A stretch of 63,759 bases of DNA, filler included, from Octopus bimaculoides (taxonomy: Eukaryota): the NCBI RefSeq assembly GCF_001194135.2. It is 7 parts of 7 records of this genome, joined end to end, with 100 filler letters (N's around TTAATTAATTAA, not from the genome) between each part and the next. Parts side by side here need not be neighbours in the genome. Positions count along the whole stretch, not along the records: positions 45,701 to 61,734 come from NC_068987.1; positions 61,835 to 63,759 come from NW_026389787.1; 5 more parts are not named here. One strand, written 5' to 3'. Positions 54,693 through 63,759 of the stretch are shown one piece after another. The notes under the pieces are model-generated. The model had not been told where the DNA came from, searched no databases, and worked only from the letters and a program-made list of their open reading frames with translations. The translations under genes were made by a program, and so were the position numbers. Within the stretch, counting starts at the first letter, position 1, and the number at the start of each line of letters is the position of its first letter.

Positions 54693-54807
54693 ATAAATTA
54701 GTGTACGTTTTTATACACAAAAGAGATGACCTAAACAAGACACCTTACATGCTGGAAAGGGTTGCCCTTTCCACCTCTTTTGTGTATAAAAACGTACACT
54801 AATTTAT
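54693..54807. mobile_element. MITE-like foldback with perfect 33-bp inverted repeats
   Basis: ATAAATTAGTGTACGTTTTTATACACAAAAGAG (54693-54725) and its exact reverse complement (54775-54807); inner hairpin GGAAAGGG-TTG-CCCTTTCC. Confidence 0.75.
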
Positions 54808-54989
54808 ATCAAATATATATATATTAAGCAATGTTAATTCTCTAAATATATTAGTTATATATATAACTAGGATTGGTTATATATATATATATATATATAT
54901 ATAACCAAGACCCATTTTCAAGCGGTGATGGGGGGGGGGACAAACACAGACACAAAGCCACACACACATACACATACACACACACACAT

Positions 54990-55212
54990 TGTGTCTGTGT
55001 TTCTCCCCCATCCTCACCACCACCGCTTGACAACCGATCTTGGTGTGTTTACATCTCCGTAACTTAGCGGTTCAGCGAAACGGACCGATAGAATAAGTAC
55101 CAGGCTTAAAAAGACAAGTACTGGGGTCGATTCATTCGACTAAAAATGATATAAGGTCGTGCTCCAGCATGACGGCAGTCAAATGACCGGAACAAGTAAA
55201 CGAATAAAAGAA
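54990..55212 (+). mobile_element. SINE family B 3' half
   Basis: accgcttgacaaccga...gatagaataagtacc...ctggggtcgattc...aacaagtaaa. Confidence 0.85.
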
Positions 55213-56221
55213 CATATATGGGTGGGGGATGTTTGCTAATTTTGTGGTTGTTATTTTAAAGGAATTGAACAAACAACGGCAGGACATTTTGTGATAGGGA
55301 TTGGAACCAATAGAAGTAAATCGATAAACTGTACAAATTACGTCAGTGATACTTGAATACTTGAAGTACTGAAACGGCTGTCATGATGATGTATGGGAAT
55401 TTAGTTGTCTGTCTATATTTGAATGGTTTAATAAATGTGTAGGATGTATCAGATAAGATAAGAGAAATGACTGCCTTCAAACCTGTCGTCTGCTACACGA
55501 TGTAACAACAGCCTCATATACATAAGAGCCGATGAAACTCCTCAACTGTGACCCTCTTCTGTCATTTTTGGTTTTTTCCTTGTATCTCTGACTATCACTC
55601 TTGCTCCTTCCTTTTGTGTGTCTTGCTTTCACATTCTGCCTTCCTCTCACTTTCTCTCTCTCTCTCTCTCGTTCGCTCACTCTATCACTATCTCTCTCTC
55701 ACTCGATCTCTCACACTATTCCTTATTACTCACTGTATCTATTCGTTCTCCCCCCCCTCTCTCTCTAGCGCGTGTAGCTGTCTCTCTTCCCTTTTCAGCT
55801 CTTTTTTCTCTCCCTTTCCCTCTACTACTTTCAGTTATTACCTATATCTGTTTGTCTAACCCCTCTGTCCCTCAATCTCACTCGTTTCTGCCTTCCTTTC
55901 ACTAATCCTTTCTCCCTCCCACACACTGTTTTCTATTTCTTCTAATATCTGTTTGTCTACCTCTCACTCTTTCTCCCTCCTTTCACTTCGTATTACTCCC
56001 TGTGTCTATCTACTTTCTTCTACCTCTTACTTCTCCTCCTTTCTCCCTCTCACTTCACTTTTATCACTCCCTTACCTTCTATCTGTCTACATCTTCCCCT
56101 CTATTTCACCTTGTCATGTCATTCTCTCTGTCTCTTTACTTCAAGCTAGTTGTGCTATTATCCAGTTCTAAAGTAGAGTTTGTCTGACAGTGATCCCGCT
56201 ATTACTCGGCACATTCGTCAC

Positions 56222-56241
56222 CTTTTCTGCTGGCGAAACAT
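56222..56241 (-). CDS. Kv1.1: Kv1.1 first coding mini-exon (MFRQQK + AG of split Arg codon)
   Basis: ATG TTT CGC CAG CAG AAA AG|GTGACG is a phase-2 donor matching the phase-2 acceptor at 34309 (AG|G = Arg7). Joined CDS is 1452 nt = 483 aa. The length (6 codons + 2 nt) was predicted independently from the constant offset of 9 needed to match recalled published editing-site numbers. Confidence 0.8.
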
Positions 56242-56401
56242 TACTTTTACACGGCGGGTACACGGCTTAAGAGTTGAGAGTAGTGATGGACGATAATGTA
56301 GTAGATAAATATACCTAAATTTAATATCATTATCACCCCAGGGTAGACACATTTACTCAAAGAATCTTAAAAAAAGGACAAGAGTTGTAGCTAAGAGAGA
56401 C

Positions 56402-56418
56402 AGTTGGAGAAAGAGAGA

Positions 56419-56492
<74 letters not shown>
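56402..56492. repeat. (GA)n microsatellite (polypyrimidine on the Kv1.1 strand)
   Basis: Direct inspection. Confidence 0.95.
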
Positions 56493-56493
<1 letters not shown>

Positions 56494-57402
56494 ACGTTTA
56501 ATTGGATAATCTGTTCTCCGCCTTCTATTCGTATATGACAGATGTGTTCTTTGTCGTGCCTGGAGGTCTACTGCAACAGGCTGCAATCTGAGAGCATTCC
56601 TAATTGTGTAAGTCATGGAATTATCAATCTGTTGAAGAATGACACAAACAAAGCAAATGTCGGCTGAATAAAGGGGTAATGGTTTTGACAAAGAGGGTGG
56701 TGTTTATTTTAGACAGCGTTGCCTGACCCGTATAAACTTGTGTAATTCAGAGAATATTTATCTAGAATAATGTCCGGCTCATGCGATACATCATAAAGAA
56801 AGTTGGATGCACGGCTGGCCTTTTTGGGAGGTGGACAACGGTTAAGTTAGAACAACCGACAGCGTTCGACCTTGTTGGCTACCACTATCTGACAACTCTA
56901 CTAAGCGCAAGCAGTTAAGGTCCGAAACGCAGAGGCCGAAACGACACATTATATGACTATCCATTTATTGAAATTCTTTCTCCTTATGCACTCACACTCT
57001 GCTTTTGAACGTTCTGGTTCTTGAGCACTTACTGTGAACTTTAGATATGCCGAGGAGCAGCATGTTCTAAACGGGACCCAGGAAGTCGGTATTTGTATAC
57101 GGAAACATCATGGTCACGTAGGAGCCACGTGAGCAAGGGAGCAAGGGCGAAAGAGTGAGGGAGAGAAAGTGACAGAAAACCGAGAGGAAAAAACTGGAGG
57201 CGCGTTCGCCACCACAACCTCGTTTAGGCTTAGAAGCCCTTCCTATTTGTTTTCACTGTCCTGTTTGTGTTACCAATTTTGACCCTCCGCAAAATCCCAA
57301 ATTTTATTTAATTTGCTTTGCGGGAGCAACTGTTTTATTGAAAGCGTATTTTTGTCGTACACGTTGTGACGTCCTGTGCCCACATATGCATATATACATA
57401 CA

Positions 57403-57436
<34 letters not shown>

Positions 57437-58139
57437 CATATATACATATATATATATATATANNNNNNNNNNNNNNNNNNNNNNNNNNNNNNNNNNNNNN
57501 NNNNNNNNNNNNNNNNNNNNNNNNNNNNNNNNNNNNNNNNNNNNNNNNNNNNNNNNNNNNNNNNNNNNNNNNNNNNNNNNNNNNNNNNNNNNNNNNNNNN
57601 NNNNNNNNNNNNNNNNNNNNNNNNNNNNNNNNNNNNNNNNNNNNNNNNNNNNNNNNNNNNNNNNNNNNNNNNNNNNNNNNNNNNNNNNNNNNNNNNNNNN
57701 NNNNNNNNNNNNNNNNNNNNNNNNNNNNNNNNNNNNNNNNNNNNNNNNNNNNNNNNNNNNNNNNNNNNNNNNNNNNNNNNNNNNNNNNNNNNNNNNNNNN
57801 NNNNNNNNNNNNNNNNNNNNNNNNNNNNNNNNNNNNNNNNNNNNNNNNNNNNNNNNNNNNNNNNNNNNNNNNNNNNNNNNNNNNNNNNNNNNNNNNNNNN
57901 NNNNNNNNNNNNNNNNNNNNNNNNNNNNNNNNNNNNNNNNNNNNNNNNNNNNNNNNNNNNNNNNNNNNNNNNNNNNNNNNNNNNNNNNNNNNNNNNNNNN
58001 NNNNNNNNNNNNNNNNNNNNNNNNNNNNNNNNNNNNNTATAGATGTAACTATATACATATACGTATGTGTATATTCATAAATATGCATTATTTATATTGT
58101 GATATGATTGAACGCCACGCATCCTCTTCCAAGTAAGTT

Positions 58140-58204
<65 letters not shown>

Positions 58205-58303
58205 CAATATACTGCTGGGAGGGTACCCAATTATTGTTACACTAGTGTTATACGAAGTGCAATAAGTGGGTGCGGGTAAAAGAGGGTCATTTTACCCTAA
58301 ATT

Positions 58304-58580
58304 TATATAGCAATGAGAAAATAGAGGAGAATATGTGGTATCCATCGACTTGCAGACAATGTATTCCGTTGATTAATCTGTTTAATTTATAACTAAAGTG
58401 ACAAAAACCACAATATACAGATACTTATGACACAGCATGTCATATTTCTATGAATGAGTTCATTTATTCTTAAGATTAGTTCTTTAATATATGTGTCTGT
58501 AAAGTAAACAGATTAATCAACGGAATATATTATCTGCAAGTCGATGCATATTCTCCTCCATTTTCTCATTGCTGTATATA
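58304..58580. mobile_element. MITE with about 80-bp imperfect terminal inverted repeats in a TA context
   Basis: gcaatgagaaaat.gaggagaatatg...catcgacttgcaga...attccgttgattaatctgttta matches the reverse complement of about 58500-58580. Confidence 0.75.
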
Positions 58581-58671
58581 TATATGTATATATATATATA
58601 TATATATATAAGCAATGTTAATTCTCTAAATGAAGTATTAACAGTAACTGCACAATAAAGTGAAGTATATT

Positions 58672-58791
58672 GCCACTTAAGTGTGGCTGACCCCTAGGGG
58701 TGGATTTTACTGTTGCTTTTAGCCCCAGGAGGACATCTCCTCCAGCTGGCTTATCGACACCACCCCTAGGGGTCAGCCACACTTAAGCGGC
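58672..58791. repeat. 32-bp inverted repeat foldback
   Basis: GCCACTTAAGTGTGGCTGACCCCTAGGGGTGG versus the reverse complement of 58760-58791 (1 mismatch); abuts a gap. Confidence 0.75.
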
Positions 58792-59808
58792 NNNNNNNNN
58801 NNNNNNNNNNNNNNNNNNNNNNNNNNNNNNNNNNNNNNNNNNNNNNNNNNNNNNNNNNNNNNNNNNNNNNNNNNNNNNNNNNNNNNNNNNNNNNNNNNNN
58901 NNNNNNNNNNNNNNNNNNNNNNNNNNNNNNNNNNNNNNNNNNNNNNNNNNNNNNNNNNNNNNNNNNNNNNNNNNNNNNNNNNNNNNNNNNNNNNNNNNNN
59001 NNNNNNNNNNNNNNNNNNNNNNNNNNNNNNNNNNNNNNNNNNNNNNNNNNNNNNNNNNNNNNNNNNNNNNNNNNNNNNNNNNNNNNNNNNNNNNNNNNNN
59101 NNNNNNNNNNNNNNNNNNNNNNNNNNNNNNNNNNNNNNNNNNNNNNNNNNNNNNNNNNNNNNNNNNNNNNNNNNNNNNNNNNNNNNNNNNNNNNNNNNNN
59201 NNNNNNNNNNNNNNNNNNNNNNNNNNNNNNNNNNNNNNNNNNNNNNNNNNNNNNNNNNNNNNNNNNNNNNNNNNNNNNNNNNNNNNNNNNNNNNNNNNNN
59301 NNNNNNNNNNNNNNNNNNNNNNNNNNNNNNNNNNNNNNNNNNNNNNNNNNNNNNNNNNNNNNNNNNNNNNNNNNNNNNNNNNNNNNNNNNNNNNNNNNNN
59401 NNNNNNNNNNNNNNNNNNNNNNNNNNNNNNNNNNNNNNNNNNNNNNNNNNNNNNNNNNNNNNNNNNNNNNNNNNNNNNNNNNNNNNNNNNNNNNNNNNNN
59501 NNNNNNNNNNNNNNNNNNNNNNNNNNNNNNNNNNNNNNNNNNNNNNNNNNNNNNNNNNNNNNNNNNNNNNNNNNNNNNNNNNNNNNNNNNNNNNNNNNNN
59601 NNNNNNNNNNNNNNNNNNNNNNNNNNNNNNNNNNNNNNNNNNNNNNNNNNNNNNNNNNNNNNNNNNNNNNNNNGTGTGTGCGTGTGTGTGTGTGTATGTC
59701 TGTGTAACTATGTATCTATTCATCTATTTACCTCTCTCTCTCTCCCTCTCACCTCCTTTCTCTTTCTCTTTATGCATGCATATGCAACCCCCCCCCACAC
59801 ATATATAC

Positions 59809-59849
<41 letters not shown>

Positions 59850-61417
59850 GAGAGATGGGCTGGAGAGAGAGAGAGAGAGATGCACAACGTACACAGATAC
59901 ATACATAATATATACAGACATTCATACATACATGCATAATGCATACATACATAGATGCATGCATGCATCTATACTTACACACATATATATATATAGCGAG
60001 AGGGGGAGAGAGAGTGAGATAGAGAGAGAGAGAGTGAGAGAGAAAGTGAAAGAGAAAGAGAGAGAGAGAGAAAGAGAGAAAGAAAGAAGGACACAAAGAG
60101 AGACGGATTGAAAAATAGACAGACTGACAGACATGCATGTACAGCACTTGCAATTATCAACTAATGTTATACATAGCTAAGAATTAAAGATGAAAACAAG
60201 AAGAAAATTTCGCTTGGATTCTTGGAAAGTAAGAGTATATGATGTGAAAAGTGGGTGATGTAATATTCTGCACTTTTTCAGTATATAATGAAATGTTGGC
60301 ATTTGATTTTATATAATTAGTGGAATTATGAAAGTATTTTAAGTATGAAGTTCTTTTCAGCTGTACTTAAATCGCATTTTTAATTTCCATTCTTATATTT
60401 TCGATTATTTTTGATTAATATTATTTGATTAATTATTAATCTTTATAGTTTTTAATATCGTTAAAGTTTTTTAAAATCAAAACTTTGTATATATATATAA
60501 AGTTTAACCTTTTATTCTTAATAATTTTTTCTTTCCTAATTTTTTCATTCATAATTTTTTCCATTCATAATTTTTTCATTCATATTTTTTATTATTACGT
60601 TTGTAGAAATAAATAATCTTGTATTTTTGTATTTTTCTATTATTCAATTGATCTTTAATTATAATTAAATAAACGTCTTTAGCTTTAAATAGTATAGCTT
60701 TNNNNNNNNNNNNNNNNNNNNNNNNNNNNNNNNNNNNNNNNNNNNNNNNNNNNNNNNNNNNNNNNNNNNNNNNNNNNNNNNNNNNNNNNNNNNNNNNNNN
60801 NNNNNNNNNNNNNNNNNNNNNNNNNNNNNNNNNNNNNNNNNNNNNNNNNNNNNNNNNNNNNNNNNNNNNNNNNNNNNNNNNNNNNNNNNNNNNNNNNNNN
60901 NNNNNNNNNNNNNNNNNNNNNNNNNNNNNNNNNNNNNNNNNNNNNNNNNNNNNNNNNNNNNNNNNNNNNNNNNNNNNNNNNNNNNNNNNNNNNNNNNNNN
61001 NNNNNNNNNNNNNNNNNNNNNNNNNNNNNNNNNNNNNNNNNNNNNNNNNNNNNNNNNNNNNNNNNNNNNNNNNNNNNNNNNNNNNNNNNNNNNNNNNNNN
61101 NNNNNNNNNNNNNNNNNNNNNNNNNNNNNNNNNNNNNNNNNNNNNNNNNNNNNNNNNNNNNNNNNNNNNNNNNNNNNNNNNNNNNNNNNNNNNNNNNNNN
61201 NNNNNNNNNNNNATACTCATTTATTGTGCTTTTAATTATTAATTTTTCTATATGTGATAGTGGATTTTCATCGATGAGTTCTTGAAAATTGGTTATTTTC
61301 CCTAAAACTATATATTTTATATATACTTTATCTATAAGGCTCAATTTAATTTTAATTTTTTATAAATTGATTTTAATTGAGTTTTTTACCTGTAATTTTG
61401 GATTTTGTCCCTAATAT

Positions 61418-61460
<43 letters not shown>

Positions 61461-61662
61461 TACATACACACACACATAAATACATACATACACACATACA
61501 TATATACATACACACTCATACATTTATTCCAGGGCCAGCGTGACGAATTCAAAGAAGCTATATTCGGCTACGTAGAATAAAGAACTGAAAGGTAAGTTCG
61601 AGAGCGAACAAACATTTAATCGGACTAACGATCATGATTATATTCGCTTCATATATACGCAC

Positions 61663-61734
<72 letters not shown>

Positions 61735-61844
61735 NNNNNNNNNNNNNNNNNNNNNNNNNNNNNNNNNNNNNNNNNNNNTTAATTAATTAANNNNNNNNNN
61801 NNNNNNNNNNNNNNNNNNNNNNNNNNNNNNNNNNGATGATAATG

Positions 61845-62232
61845 ATTTATTTTGGAACAAGGTCGGCAATTTCAGGAAAGGGAATAAATGGATTACATCA
61901 ACCCCAGTGCATAACTGGTACTTCTTACATTGACCCAGAAATGATGAAAAGCAAAGTCGATCTCGACGAAATTTGAACTCGGAACATAAAGAAGGACGAA
62001 ATACCTATTTCTTTACTGCCCACAAGGGGCTATACACAGAGGGGACAAACAAAGAGAGACAAACGGATTAAGTCGATTATATCGACCCCAGTGCGTAACT
62101 GGTACTTATTTAATCGACCCCGAAAGGATGAAAGGCAAAGCCGACCTCGGCGGAATTTGAACTCAGAACGTAACGGCACACGAAATACCGCTAAGCATTT
62201 TGCCCGGCGTGCTTAACGGTTCTGCCAGCTCA
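61845..62232 (-). mobile_element. Two adjacent SINE family A copies
   Basis: 62006-62232 is a near-complete copy with the 49160-type tail; 61845-62005 is an older partial copy. Confidence 0.8.
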
Positions 62233-62559
62233 CTACGTTAGTAATAATAATAATAATGATGATGATTCGTCAAAGGGTCGTCGAATGAGTAGGACGATAC
62301 AAGAACAGTTTAAAGGTTGTTTAGAGTTTACATTAAAGACAAGAAAAAAAAAGAAAATGAGGGTGAAATGAGATAAATGGTGTACACAGGATACAAAATA
62401 TGTGAACGCATGAATGATGCAGTCCTCCTGCTACAGAAGAACCTCCAATAAGGGCCATTTAAGGAACTCCACAGATCCAAGATCGCTTTGATCTCCTAAG
62501 GGTTTTATGCAAACAAATGACCGCAGTTATATATTCTTTTTAAATTTGGTAATAATTCT

Positions 62560-62808
62560 ATCTTTATCTTTTGCCGAGCCGCTAGGTAATGGAGACGTAA
62601 TCAAACGAATATTTGTTCTCAAGCGGTATGAAGACAAATAAAGACACACGCAAACACATTCGACTGGTTTTCACACAACTTCCGTCTATCAAATTCACTC
62701 ACATGGCATTGGTCGGCCCGGGGCTAGAGTAGAAGACTTTTGCCCAAGGTGGGGCGCAGGAGAAGTGAACCCGAAACTACATGGTTCCGAACGGAACTTC
62801 TTAACAAC
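62560..62808 (-). mobile_element. SINE family B, diverged
   Basis: gccgagccgctagg...caagcgg...ttccgtctatcaaattcactcac...ttgcccaaggt...aaccc. Confidence 0.7.
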
Positions 62809-63759
62809 GACTATGTCGTTAGTTTGTTTACTTTTTAATTAATAGGAAACTGTGACCGACTTAATTCTAGATTAATTGGGTCATCACAAGAGCTGTTACG
62901 GTTGAGCAAACAGATAACGTGTGCAAACAAGTGTTATGGTAGAGAAATGTGCAACGTGTGGTTTTGACTGATTCTGGGACAATGGCTCCCTTTTCCATGC
63001 ATGTACGCACGTATCCATCCATCCATCCATCTATCTATCTATCTATCTATCTATCTACATAACTCCGTACCTATCTATCCCTCTATTCATTTCATCTATC
63101 TACCTATCCATCCATCCACCCATCCTGTTTCTGTCTATCCATCCATCCAGCTAGCCAGCTACGTACGTATTATTGTGTAATCGTGTATAAACGCATGTAT
63201 GAATCTGAGTGTGCGTGGTGTGTGAATATATATGTGTGTGTACATACATATAACTTTATTGATAACGTGTTCGGCAGGCGAGCCAGAAGCCCATATGAAG
63301 TCCCACCTGGCTGAACTATTTATTATACTATTTCAGGAAGTGCAAATGTTATCAGAGATCGACCACAGTTAACAGTTACATGTGGATGAGGAATCGGGGG
63401 ATTAAAAGACGGCCAAGTAACACGCCGCACGTACATAGATACACAAACACACACAAAGACAGTTAGGGGCGGTTAATGACGAAACATTTTATCTGCCAGA
63501 GGCCATTTTTTCTTTTTATCACAAATGATTAAATAAGAACTTTGCGCTAAGTGTGTGTATGTGTGAGAGAATGTGTCTATGAGCGTGTGTGTTTGAGTGT
63601 GTGTCTGATGTATGCATGAACATGTGTGTATGTGTGTGTGTGTATGTGTGTATGATCATGTGTGTGTTTATGCAGGTTGCTTAAAAGGCAACGACAGAAC
63701 CAGTCCAAGATTTAAAATAAGGCACTGGGTTTGATTCGTACGACTAACACCACAAAGCG

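Larger units (their letters stand above)
34310..56221 (-). other. Kv1.1 large intron (about 21.9 kb as assembled, contains gaps)
   Basis: GT at 56221-56220 and AG at 34311-34310. Contains several N gaps, three of them placeholder 100-nt joins, so the true length is unknown. Confidence 0.75.

Overview
Repeat-saturated, AT-rich, gapped eukaryotic scaffold window, almost certainly octopus (inferred from the Kv1.1 sequence, the SINE families and the microsatellite density). The one clear gene is a Shaker/Kv1.1 delayed-rectifier K+ channel on the minus strand. T1 through the C-terminal PDZ motif lies in a single 1432-nt exon (34309-32878). The supplied 492-aa ORF has a false, intronic N-terminus. 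The best-supported true start is a 20-nt coding mini-exon about 22 kb upstream (56241-56222, ATG TTT CGC CAG CAG AAA AG|GT), giving a 483-aa protein ([17 protein letters not shown]...MQTDV). That numbering puts the published octopus A-to-I recoding sites, as I recall them (N40S, S54G, N105G, I167V, I321V), on correct, editable codons. The rest is transposon-derived: several tRNA-derived SINE families, two mariner relics, a near full-length Chapaev3-like relic, CR1/L2 and R4/Dong LINE fragments, Penelope-like fragments with hammerhead ribozyme motifs, Helitron ends and MITE-like foldbacks. Less certain is a series of plus-strand exon-like segments (about 1-23.4 kb) suggesting a cryptic or decaying multi-exon gene convergent with Kv1.1. 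TTAATTAATTAA inside N-runs is an assembly linker.
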